Assembly: GCA_945883745.1 (NCBI GenBank)
Contig: CAMCYH010000003.1
Location: forward strand, 20 to 64,019
Source of the DNA: Candidatus Kuenenia stuttgartensis
Lineage (GTDB): Bacteria > Planctomycetota > Planctomycetia > Pirellulales > UBA1268
Direction of reading: 5' to 3'
DNA length: 64,000 nucleotides
The position numbers were made by a program, and so were the translations under genes. Positions 46,600-55,059 of the stretch are shown here, one piece after another. A model generated the notes under the pieces. That model did not search any database. It saw only the letters and a list, made by a program, of their open reading frames with translations, and had not been told where the DNA came from. Position 1 is the stretch's first letter. Each line of letters begins with the position of its first letter.

Positions 46600-46974
46600 C
46601 AGGCTTCGTGCCAGCAGCGGGCAATCGTGGTGGGCGGGATCGACTCAGACTCTGTCAGCAGCTTTCATAATAGGCAACTGGGTGGTTCGGGCATACTGCA
46701 AAAGCGTCGTGGCCGGACAGGAAGGCCCACTGGCGGCCGCGGGTGTCGGTGCCCCCCCCCTCATCCGCAACTGGCTCAAGCATGACGGCACCGGGGGACG
46801 ATCGAAGAGAGCACGGAGGTAGCCGTGGACGTCATCGCCCGTTTTCCCGCCCGACCAGACAGCAGCGCAGCTGAGCCGCCCACCCCACCGGAGCGAGCTG
46901 ATCGTGGTCCGAAGCGGCCCGCGAAACCGACGCGGCCGTCTCCATCCGGCCGGCGTGAGCAACGAGAGACGTCG

Positions 46975-47166
46975 ATGTTTCCCACCCGCTCAGTGGCGGT
47001 ATTGGCCATCGTCGCGGCAGGCATCTGGGGGCTCGCCCTGCGAAACGAACTGGTACGTCGCGGTGCCGCCCAGGTGGAAGTGGCAGCTCAGGAAGAGAGA
47101 TCCTCGCAGCGGCTGGCGAGTGAGCCGGTTTCTGAACGGGCCACGGACACAAGGATCGCAAAATGA
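46975..47166 (+). CDS. small single-pass membrane protein (63 aa from ATG 46975; up to 113 aa from GTG 46825)
   Basis: MFPTRSVAVLAIVAAGIWGLALRNELVRRG is a TM helix, followed by a charged tail. The stop overlaps the start of the next gene (ATGA at 47163-47166). Confidence 0.45.
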   Translation: MFPTRSVAVLAIVAAGIWGLALRNELVRRGAAQVEVAAQEERSSQRLASEPVSERATDTRIAK

Positions 47167-47936
47167 GTCATCAGCCAGCCATGATGCACGCTCCGCCGCC
47201 GCTCGACATGGTCGATGCCGTGTTCCTGCGTCGACTCCATCACGCGCCGTCCCGTGAATCGTCATCAGCTGCTGTGGCCGACCATCAAGTGGATGAATCG
47301 GCGGCACTGACAGCAGAGGTCATGGCGGACGCACCTGCTTCGTCGGAGCCTCTGGAGCCGAGTCACTGTTCACGGGAGGAGCGGAAGCTCCTCCCGGCTG
47401 CGGCCGCTACCGCGTCGTCCGGATCTCGGAGTGACACCGCGGCCGCAGATCAGCCACTCGTTGAATGGCTGTTGCAGAAAGCGGCCCATCAGTGGGCCGC
47501 CCTGGCCGTGGCTGTCGAGCGGGCGGTGGCCGACGGCCTGCGGGTGATCGCCGTGGCGGGGGGCGGTCGCGGAGAGGGCCGCACGACGCTCGTCGAGGGA
47601 CTTGCCGCCACGCTTACGGCCCGTGGGTGGCACGTGGTGCTGGTTTCCGGTCCACTGTCAGAAGCCGGGGAGGTGCCCAGCGGGGGCGACAGGCATCGCG
47701 AGGTGGTACTCGTCGACGCCGGCGTCTGGTTTCCACCGGGGCCCATTCGCCGCGACCGCGTGGCTGCCATGAGCGCCGGCTGCGACGCCGTGATCCTGGT
47801 GCGACGGGCAACACAGGCTCCCTCCCCTGCCCGTGCGGCTGCGATCGAGCAGGCCGGGTGCAGGTTGCTGGGAGAAGTCGAGACGCTGGTTCCCTGGAAG
47901 ACGTTTGAGGAGCTTCATCGCCATGCCGATACCTGA
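47163..47936 (+). CDS. P-loop protein related to BY-kinase/MinD-ParA ATPases, with Walker A Lys replaced by Arg
   Basis: The C-terminal half has RVIAVAGGGRGEGRTTLVEGLAATLTARGWHVVLVS, where the codon cgc gives GEGRTT rather than GEGKT/S. VVLVDAG and DAVILVRR blocks are also present. The N-terminal roughly 110 aa are low complexity, and there is no C-terminal Tyr cluster. Confidence 0.6.
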   Translation: MSHQPAMMHAPPPLDMVDAVFLRRLHHAPSRESSSAAVADHQVDESAALTAEVMADAPASSEPLEPSHCSREERKLLPAAAATASSGSRSDTAAADQPLVEWLLQKAAHQWAALAVAVERAVADGLRVIAVAGGGRGEGRTTLVEGLAATLTARGWHVVLVSGPLSEAGEVPSGGDRHREVVLVDAGVWFPPGPIRRDRVAAMSAGCDAVILVRRATQAPSPARAAAIEQAGCRLLGEVETLVPWKTFEELHRHADT

Positions 47937-48600
47937 TCGCGCATCTGGTCATCCGCCGCATCAGCTCTTGGCGGTTCAGGAGGCGGCGGTGGCAAAGCTC
48001 GCCTACGTGGCCGAACAGCCGGGCGCTGCGGCCGTGCTCTGCGGTCCGCCGGGTACCGGAAAGTCACTCGTCTTGGAGGCTGTTGGACGAATGCTCGAGA
48101 AGGCGGGGCACTCCTGCCGCCTGGTTCGTTGGCTAGCGCTGCGGGAATCACCATGCGGCGACTGGCCCGACGTGCTGCTGGTTGACTCTGTTGACGATGC
48201 TGGAGAGGGTGAGTTGGCCGCCGTACTCAGCCTGTGCTGGGCCACTCACCCGCAGACACGGATCGTTCTGGCTGGGTCGGGCCGACTCCTCACGCTCGTC
48301 TCCCGCGACAGGCGACTGGAGCGGCAGATCGGGCTGCGGGCTGTGCTCACGCCCTGCTCCCGCGCCGAGACGCGGCATATGGTGGCGAACATCGTGGCCG
48401 GGGGACCGCACCAGACCGATCTGTCGGTGACCGCCACCGCGGTGGCCGACACGATCCACGAGATCACCGGCGGCATTCCCGCCGACATCGATCGGCTGGC
48501 CGGCCTGGCGGCCGTCGTCGCCGCAGACCGCTCTGCCGCCACGCTCACTCCCGAGGTGATCGAGCGGGTCCACCAGCGGCTCGCCGTCACGGCGGCATGA
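47923..48600 (+). CDS. ExeA/GspA-like AAA ATPase (AAA_22-type)
   Basis: Walker A VLCGPPGTGKSLV and Walker B VLLVDSVDDA are present. The downstream pattern RIVLAGSGRLL...L.P.S..E....V......ITGGIP..I..LA is typical of ExeA-family ATPases. The ATG at 47923 overlaps the preceding gene by 14 nt. Confidence 0.65.
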   Translation: MPIPDRASGHPPHQLLAVQEAAVAKLAYVAEQPGAAAVLCGPPGTGKSLVLEAVGRMLEKAGHSCRLVRWLALRESPCGDWPDVLLVDSVDDAGEGELAAVLSLCWATHPQTRIVLAGSGRLLTLVSRDRRLERQIGLRAVLTPCSRAETRHMVANIVAGGPHQTDLSVTATAVADTIHEITGGIPADIDRLAGLAAVVAADRSAATLTPEVIERVHQRLAVTAA

Positions 48601-49747
48601 GGGGATCGCGACCGTTCCTCTTCCGGTCGGGAGCGAACGCGGCGAGATCGATCGCCGGCTTTCTCCCGGTGATGAGGTCGGCCATCAGCACGGCGGTGCC
48701 GGGCGACTGGTGGAGCCCGGCGCGAAAGTGGCCAGCCGCGACGAACCCGTTGCGATAGCCCGGCAGCCGGCCGATGGACGGCAGGCCGTCGATGCTGCCT
48801 GGCCGCAAGCCGGCCCAGACCTGCTCGAGGCTGGCCTGGGCAATGTCTCCCAGCAGGGTGGCGGCCACCGCACGGAGACGCTCGATCGCCTCGGTTGTCG
48901 TGGTGCTGTCGAAGCCGGCGTCCTCCAGCGTGGAACCGACGAGGAGCCGGCCGTCGGCACGCGGAAGCAGGTAATCGACACCCATGTTGATCACCCGCGA
49001 CAGCACAGGCTGCGGAAATCGGAGGAGCGCAATTTGCCCCCGGACCGGCATCGTCTCGAACTCGACGTTCAGGTGCGTTGTGAGTCCTCCAGCCCAGGCG
49101 CCGGCGGCGAGGCAGTAGGCGTCGGCACGAACGGTTTCGCACTTGCCGGCGGCTGTCGTGACCTGGACGCCCTCAATTCGGCCGTCGGTGGCAGAAATCG
49201 CCGTCACGTTCGCACCATCCAAGATTGTCACGCCGCGCTTGTGGCACGAGCGACGCACCGCTGCGAGGTGGCGGGGCGGCCGAATTTGTGTCTCATCCGG
49301 CAGGAATATTCCACCCACGACCACGCCACGCCGCACCGCATCCCGCAATCCCGGCTCGATATCGGGCACGCTCGCTGCACCGAGCACCTCGCAGCGGGCA
49401 TTGCGATCGCGATAGGAAGTGGCCATGGCCTCTAGGGCAGACAGACGGGCATCGTCGCCCGCGACATGGAGGCCGCCGCAGGTCACCAGCCCGTTGTCGA
49501 TACCGGTCTCGTCGAGCAGTTCCCGCGACCAGCGCCGATGCAGTTCGTCGCTCCACCCGGTGAGGGCTTCGGCGGGAGTCTCACGGGCGTGCCGGGGAGC
49601 GGGCGGAAAGATGCCGGCGGCCGCCCAAGACGCCGTGCTTCGCTCGCCGTGGCGGGTCAGCACACAGACCATCGCGCCGCGACCGGCCAGTTCGCGGGCG
49701 ATCGACAGGCCGATGACTCCCCCTCCGATGATGCAGCAGTCGGGCAT
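48587..49747 (-). CDS. FAD-dependent glycine/D-amino-acid oxidase family protein (ThiO-like)
   Basis: MPDCCIIGGGVIGLSIARELAGRG is the dinucleotide fold. The protein has DAO-family length and the C-terminal HFRAGLHQSPG motif. Confidence 0.75.
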   Translation of the reverse strand: MPDCCIIGGGVIGLSIARELAGRGAMVCVLTRHGERSTASWAAAGIFPPAPRHARETPAEALTGWSDELHRRWSRELLDETGIDNGLVTCGGLHVAGDDARLSALEAMATSYRDRNARCEVLGAASVPDIEPGLRDAVRRGVVVGGIFLPDETQIRPPRHLAAVRRSCHKRGVTILDGANVTAISATDGRIEGVQVTTAAGKCETVRADAYCLAAGAWAGGLTTHLNVEFETMPVRGQIALLRFPQPVLSRVINMGVDYLLPRADGRLLVGSTLEDAGFDSTTTTEAIERLRAVAATLLGDIAQASLEQVWAGLRPGSIDGLPSIGRLPGYRNGFVAAGHFRAGLHQSPGTAVLMADLITGRKPAIDLAAFAPDRKRNGRDPLMPP

Positions 49748-49773
49748 GGGCCGTGACACAGGCAACGGGCTCT

Positions 49774-50817
49774 TCAGGCGTTGGTTGGGACCGTGGCTGA
49801 GTCGGCGACATTGACCCACACGTGAACATGCGGTGCACCACGAAAATGCCAGACGAACGACGGGCCCTCCAGCCGCCAGTTGTCCCAGACACCGTCGTTG
49901 CCGAGATCACCCTGCCTGTAGAAAGCGAGACGGCAGGCTTCGAGCCCTCCCTGGGCGGCGAGGCATGTCCTCGTCTCGTTTCGATCAGCGGTACGGAACG
50001 GTTCCAGCAGGATTGCCAGCACGGCCTCGAGTTCTGCCCGCTGATCGGCTGTGAACTCGGAGACGGGGATGCCGGGTGCATCGATGCCTTTGCCGGCCGG
50101 TCGGACGCCGCGGAAAGCAATCGCATTTTCGCGAGGCATCTGGGCCACCAGGGCCAGGTTCCGCTGGCGGCCATCGAGCATCGCAAAGACACGGTTGGCG
50201 GCGACCGCCTGCGGCCAGAAGACATTGCCCGGATGGCCGGGTTCCTCGTTGAAGCCGCCGGCGTCGTGACCGTAAAAGATCGGCCCGCCAAAGGCGACGT
50301 GCGCGGCAGCGTCGCCGTCGCAGCGCAGCGTCATGTGGCGTCCGGTCAGGAGGAACTGGAAGCGGCCCGAGCCGGGTTCACCGATCAGCGCGACTGACTG
50401 GGAATGCCCAAAGCCGCCGGCGTCGTCCTCGAGCTGCTTGTCGAAGCGGGCATGCCACTCCGGTTGGGTAAGCTGTTCGAAAATGTCGCGAATGAGCCGC
50501 TGCTGATCGGCCGTGAAGAAGTCGCTCGCCACGTCGGGCTCCGACGCCTGCCAGTTGTTGGCGATCCGGGTCCGCAACAGGCCGTGTTTGGGATGCACGT
50601 AATCCCACGGAAAGCAGATCTGCCGACGCTGCTGTGGCGACAGCGAGGCGTGAAGGATCCCGGCGAGTGTTTCAGCCGACTCGACCGGGGCGTGTTCGGC
50701 GGCCTGTCCGACGACGGCTGGAGCTCCAGCCAGGCCCCCCGCCACCGCGGCCGAACGGGCCAGGAACTGGCGTCGCGAGAGACCTGCGGCAGGAAAAACG
50801 GTGTCGGACCTGGTCAT
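49774..50817 (-). CDS. DUF3500 domain-containing protein with twin-arginine signal
   Basis: The N-terminus MTRSDTVFPAAGLSRRQFLARSAAVAGGLAG carries a Tat motif (SRRQFL). The body (CFPWDYV..., LTGRHMTLRCDGD..., FWHFRGAPHVHVWVN) matches my memory of DUF3500. Confidence 0.7.
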   Translation of the reverse strand: MTRSDTVFPAAGLSRRQFLARSAAVAGGLAGAPAVVGQAAEHAPVESAETLAGILHASLSPQQRRQICFPWDYVHPKHGLLRTRIANNWQASEPDVASDFFTADQQRLIRDIFEQLTQPEWHARFDKQLEDDAGGFGHSQSVALIGEPGSGRFQFLLTGRHMTLRCDGDAAAHVAFGGPIFYGHDAGGFNEEPGHPGNVFWPQAVAANRVFAMLDGRQRNLALVAQMPRENAIAFRGVRPAGKGIDAPGIPVSEFTADQRAELEAVLAILLEPFRTADRNETRTCLAAQGGLEACRLAFYRQGDLGNDGVWDNWRLEGPSFVWHFRGAPHVHVWVNVADSATVPTNA

Positions 50818-50923
50818 CTGACGATCTCCAGAGCGGTCTTGAAAGGGCCACGTGTCAAATCAGTGCCCCAGCGACCGTCATCGTAAGACGGGACTCCGGA
50901 AGATGCCAATCGTACACCGCGCG

Positions 50924-51793
50924 TCAGGAACTCCGCCGGCCCGAACGCGATTGGCATTGCGGGCAGAAGAAGGTCGACCTCTGCCCCTGCACGATGCGGC
51001 GGACGGCCGTACGACAGGTCGGGCAGGGTTGGTCAGTCCTGCCGTAGACGCGATGCCGCTGTTGAAACCGGCCCAGACGACGGGCGGGTGTCTGGTAGAG
51101 CTCGTCTCCGATCGAAGAGCCTTCCAGACGCACGGCCTCGGCGAGAACGGCCCGCGTCATATCTGCCAGCCGGTCCCAGACCTGCCGCGACAACCGATGG
51201 CAGGCGGCCCGCGGGTCGAGGCCCGTGCGATGGAGAATTTCTGCCGCGTAGATGTTGCCGATGCCGGCCACGGCCCGCTGATCGAGGAGCGCGACCTTGA
51301 TCGCCCGGCGGGAGCGGGCCAGAGCCCGGCTGAGGTCGTCACCCGTGACGACCAGACCGTCGGGGCCGAGAGTCGTCTGGCCGCAGGCGCGGTCGAGCCC
51401 ACGGGCATCGACCAGCCGGAGCGTGCCAAGCCCGCGCTGATCCCAAAACACGAGGGGGTGCTGTCGTTGCTCGCGGGCATGTCGCATATGCATCACCAGC
51501 CGCACGTGGTCAGTCGTCGGTGGCGGCACAACGAGCATGAGCCCCGTCATCCGTGGCTCGATCACCAGCCATCGCTGGCGGGTTGGAAACGTAATTTCGA
51601 GGGCGAGCCGCTTCCCAAACCGTTCGACGGCCGAAAGCCGGCCCCCCCGGATCCCCGCGACAATCGCGGCTGGAGCGGGCGTTGTGCTGATCGGTCGCTT
51701 GGGCCCGCATGGGAATTCGGCCCCCGTGATCCGACTGCCAACAAGATGGAGGATGCCGCGGCGCATTGTCTCGACTTCGGGGAGCTCGGGCAT
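50924..51793 (-). CDS. mutM: formamidopyrimidine-DNA glycosylase
   Basis: [14 protein letters not shown] is the catalytic N-terminal Pro. A H2TH region and a C-terminal zinc finger ([24 protein letters not shown]) are present. Confidence 0.9.
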   Translation of the reverse strand: MPELPEVETMRRGILHLVGSRITGAEFPCGPKRPISTTPAPAAIVAGIRGGRLSAVERFGKRLALEITFPTRQRWLVIEPRMTGLMLVVPPPTTDHVRLVMHMRHAREQRQHPLVFWDQRGLGTLRLVDARGLDRACGQTTLGPDGLVVTGDDLSRALARSRRAIKVALLDQRAVAGIGNIYAAEILHRTGLDPRAACHRLSRQVWDRLADMTRAVLAEAVRLEGSSIGDELYQTPARRLGRFQQRHRVYGRTDQPCPTCRTAVRRIVQGQRSTFFCPQCQSRSGRRSS

Positions 51794-51911
51794 GGCGGAC
51801 GTCTCAAGGGCCTGGGAAGTTTGCGTGATGGTAGCCACGGGCTCGGAGGCTACAATCAAAAACGTCGGCGACACCGCCGATGCTTTCCGCCCCCGAGGCT
51901 ATGGTTTTTCA

Positions 51912-53156
51912 ATGGCGACAGTCGCTCCTGCGTCCGCTCCCCTTTCAGCCGTACCGGATGCCCTGGGTCGCTTTGGACGGTTCGGGGGACGGTATGTGCC
52001 CGAGACCCTGTCAGCGGCTCTCGACCAGTTGGAACAGGCCTACGACGAGGCCATGGCTGATCCGTCGTTCCACGCCGAACTCGACAGCCTCCTGGCGGCG
52101 TTCGTGGGCCGTCCGACTCCCCTGCTCTTCGCCCGACGACTCACCGCATTGGCCGGTGGCGCACAGATCTATTTCAAGCGGGAAGACCTGAGCCACACCG
52201 GTGCGCACAAGATCAACAATACGCTCGGCCAGGGCCTGTTGGCACTGCGCATGGGCAAGCGGCGGATCATTGCCGAGACGGGGGCCGGCCAGCACGGTGT
52301 GGCGACGGCAACGGCCTGCGCCCGCTTTGGCCTCGACTGTGTCGTCTACATGGGTTCCGAAGACGTTCGCCGCCAGGCTCCGAACGTGCGGAACATGCGG
52401 TTCATGGGAGCAGAGGTACGGCCTGTCGAGACGGGTTCACGCACCCTCCGCGACGCGATCAACGAGGCGATGCGGGACTGGATGGGGTCGGTAGAGACCA
52501 CTCACTACATCATCGGTTCTGTCGTGGGGCCGCATCCATTCCCGCGGATCGTCCGCGACTTCCAGTCGGTCATCGGTCGGGAGACGGTCGAGCAATGCCG
52601 CCGTCAACTGGGGCGGCTCCCCGACACCGTCGTCGCGTGCGTTGGTGGGGGCAGCAATGCGGCGGGAATGTTTTATCCGTTCGTCGACCATGCCGACGTG
52701 AGGCTTGTGGGCGTGGAGGCGGGTGGCCGCTCGGGGCAGCCCGGCGACCATGCCGCCAGTCTCAGTTACGGCAGCCCCGGCATCCTGCACGGCAGTCTGA
52801 GCTACGTCCTTCAAAACGATGACGGTCAAACTGCCGATGTCCACTCGGTATCGGCTGGGCTCGACTACCCCGGTGTTGGGCCGGAGCACAGCTATTGGCG
52901 GGACGCAGGCCGCGTCTCGTACACGAGCGTCACCGACGCTGCCGCCCTCGACGCTTTCGACACGGTGGCCCGGCAAGAGGGGATTCTGCCGGCCTTGGAA
53001 ACGTCTCACGCTCTGGCTTGGACTGTTGAAGAGGCGGCCCGCCGGCCGGCCGATGAGATCATTGTGATCTGCCTGTCGGGGCGTGGTGACAAGGACGCTG
53101 CCGAGATCGCCCGGCTCCGGGGACTTTCCGCAGACGGTCAGCAGGCCACCTCATGA
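51912..53156 (+). CDS. trpB: tryptophan synthase beta chain
   Basis: [15 protein letters not shown] and the PLP-lysine motif [11 protein letters not shown] are present. The gene overlaps trpA by ATGA. Confidence 0.95.
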   Translation: MATVAPASAPLSAVPDALGRFGRFGGRYVPETLSAALDQLEQAYDEAMADPSFHAELDSLLAAFVGRPTPLLFARRLTALAGGAQIYFKREDLSHTGAHKINNTLGQGLLALRMGKRRIIAETGAGQHGVATATACARFGLDCVVYMGSEDVRRQAPNVRNMRFMGAEVRPVETGSRTLRDAINEAMRDWMGSVETTHYIIGSVVGPHPFPRIVRDFQSVIGRETVEQCRRQLGRLPDTVVACVGGGSNAAGMFYPFVDHADVRLVGVEAGGRSGQPGDHAASLSYGSPGILHGSLSYVLQNDDGQTADVHSVSAGLDYPGVGPEHSYWRDAGRVSYTSVTDAAALDAFDTVARQEGILPALETSHALAWTVEEAARRPADEIIVICLSGRGDKDAAEIARLRGLSADGQQATS

Positions 53157-54022
53157 GCCGCACCGCGTTCCCCCATGCAGATTCGGGCGTGGCCCGCATA
53201 GCCGCCAGGTTTGCCGCCAATGCCGCTGCGGGACGGAAGGCGGTGGCTCCATTCGTGACCGCAGGCGACCCTGACACTGCGACCACTGCGGACGTGCTCG
53301 CCGCGATTGACCGGGCGGGTGCAACGCTCATCGAACTGGGCGTGCCCTACAGCGACCCCATCGCCGACGGGGCCGTGATCCAGGCTTCCTACGTGCGGGC
53401 ACTCGCCCAGGGGATGTCGCTCGATCGCTTGTTCGCGATGGTGAAAGATGTCACGGGGCGAATCACGACTCCCGTGTTGGCCATGGTGAGCTACTCGATC
53501 ATCTACCGCCGTGGCATCGACCGTTTTGTGACGGAGTCGTTGGCTGCCGGGCTGGCTGGCTTCGTCGTGCCCGACTTGCCGATCGAAGAGTCGGATGACT
53601 TGGCCGCAGCCTGCGAAGCGGCAGGGCTGGCCCTCGTGCGACTCGTGACACCGACCACTCCGCCGGAACGGGCCGAGCAGATCGCCCGCCGGTCGACGGG
53701 CTTCCTCTACTGCGTCTCGGTCGCCGGAGTCACCGGCGCCCGCACGTCGTTGCCGGATGGGCTCGTGGAACGGGTGGCGTGGCTGCGGACGAAGGCGAGC
53801 GTGCCGATCCTCGTCGGGTTCGGGATCTCGACTCCCGAGCAGGCCAGGGCCGTGGCAGCGGTGGCGGACGGGGTGATCGTGGGGTCGGCCCTCGTGCGGC
53901 GGCTGGCTGAGGCCGCTCCGCCGCAACGGGCGGACTCAGCGTCTCCGCCCGGTCAGGTAGTTGCCGCAATCGAGCAGCATGTTCAGGATCTCGTCAAGGC
54001 GGTTGAAACGTCTGCCAAGTGA
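53153..54022 (+). CDS. trpA: tryptophan synthase alpha chain
   Basis: [28 protein letters not shown] and [10 protein letters not shown] motifs are present. Confidence 0.9.
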   Translation: MSRTAFPHADSGVARIAARFAANAAAGRKAVAPFVTAGDPDTATTADVLAAIDRAGATLIELGVPYSDPIADGAVIQASYVRALAQGMSLDRLFAMVKDVTGRITTPVLAMVSYSIIYRRGIDRFVTESLAAGLAGFVVPDLPIEESDDLAAACEAAGLALVRLVTPTTPPERAEQIARRSTGFLYCVSVAGVTGARTSLPDGLVERVAWLRTKASVPILVGFGISTPEQARAVAAVADGVIVGSALVRRLAEAAPPQRADSASPPGQVVAAIEQHVQDLVKAVETSAK

Positions 54023-54048
54023 CGCCCTCCCCCCTGGCGTCATTTCTC
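54020..54048 (+). terminator. candidate intrinsic terminator after trpA
   Basis: The stem is TGACGCC (54020-54026) with GGCGTCA (54036-54042), and the loop is CTCCCCCCT. TTTCTCG follows. The U-tract is weak. Confidence 0.35.
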
Positions 54049-54082
54049 GACGGTTGGGCATACAAAATTCGACACGTCATTT

Positions 54083-54104
54083 CGCGGGCTTGCGCCCTGC
54101 GGCT
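54083..54104. repeat. copy of dispersed 22-nt GC-hairpin repeat CGCGGGCTTGCGCCCTGCGGCT
   Basis: This is identical to 63686-63707. The core GGGC-TTGC-GCCC is self-complementary. It lies in the trpA/ABC-ATPase convergent intergenic region. Confidence 0.7.
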
Positions 54105-54120
54105 TCCAGTGGCATCGTTT

Positions 54121-55059
54121 TCAGGCAGGGCCTTGCTCGGCCTCGATGAATTCGAGGAGTTGGGCGGGCCAAGGGGGGTGGAAGTCGGTCGACTCGATGG
54201 CGACGCCAGCCCTGACCAGGGCTGCGAGTAGGTCGCCGAAGGGACGCGCTTGCGGATCACAATGGCACTCAAGCGTATCGTCGTCGATCAGCATGGCGTC
54301 GATACCGAGGCGGCGCAGCACGGTTGCAGCCTGGGGGGCGGCGGCTGGGCAGGTGATGCGGCGCCTCCATGGCCGGCTGCACTCGAATGCCGACCGTACT
54401 GCCGGACCATGGGCGACGAGACGGCCCGCAGCGAGAACCGCAAGATGGGTGAAGCACACCGGCACCGCGGCATCGTCGATGGCGGCGATGACGATGAGGC
54501 CGCCAAGATGCATATCGTTGATGAGATGCTCGATGTCGCGTCGCTCGCGGGGGTCGAGTCCCGTGAAGGGTGCATCGAGAAGAAGCACCTGCGGATCATG
54601 AAGAAGTCCGCGGGCGACGAGGAGCCGCTGGGCCTGGCCGGTCGGGAGGCGGTCGATGGGCGTGCCCGGCTCGTCGATTCCGGCCATGGACAGCCCCCTG
54701 CCGACCGCCATCCGGAGTGGCTTTCCACGCAGGCCGGCCTCCAGGGCAAAGAATTCGAGAAACTCATCGGCGCGGGCCTGGGGCCAGGCGGTGATACCGG
54801 TTGGCACGAAGCCGACCCGGCGCCGCACGGCCGCAGCGTCGGATCGCACGGAGTGTCCGTCGATGCGGATGTCGCCGGCATGCAGCGGGAGGGCGGTGGC
54901 GAGGCCGGCGAGGAGCGAGGATTTTCCCGACCCCGACGAGCCGATCACCGCCAGAGACTGGCCCGGCGGCACGACCAGCTTCATCGCGTCGACCACGGTG
55001 CGTCCGCCACGCATGACCGTGGCCTCGTCGATGACGACACCGTGTTCGGAGTGGCTCAT
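54121..55059 (-). CDS. ABC-type nucleotide-binding-domain protein with degenerate catalytic motifs; no cognate permease nearby
   Basis: Walker A GSSGSGKSS is intact. The Q-loop reads VPT, the signature reads PTGQAQ (not LSGGQ), Walker B reads LLLDAPF (Glu to Ala) and the H-loop region reads AAIDD. The start overlaps the trpE stop (ATGA at 55056-55059). Confidence 0.8.
   Translation of the reverse strand: MSHSEHGVVIDEATVMRGGRTVVDAMKLVVPPGQSLAVIGSSGSGKSSLLAGLATALPLHAGDIRIDGHSVRSDAAAVRRRVGFVPTGITAWPQARADEFLEFFALEAGLRGKPLRMAVGRGLSMAGIDEPGTPIDRLPTGQAQRLLVARGLLHDPQVLLLDAPFTGLDPRERRDIEHLINDMHLGGLIVIAAIDDAAVPVCFTHLAVLAAGRLVAHGPAVRSAFECSRPWRRRITCPAAAPQAATVLRRLGIDAMLIDDDTLECHCDPQARPFGDLLAALVRAGVAIESTDFHPPWPAQLLEFIEAEQGPA

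Noticed and set aside
46600-46824. A possible cobalamin, SAM or SAH riboswitch in the metH 5' leader.
   Set aside because: I read the minus-strand leader and found no B12-box-like or SAM/SAH consensus elements, only generic GC hairpins. This cannot be excluded without a cmscan against Rfam.
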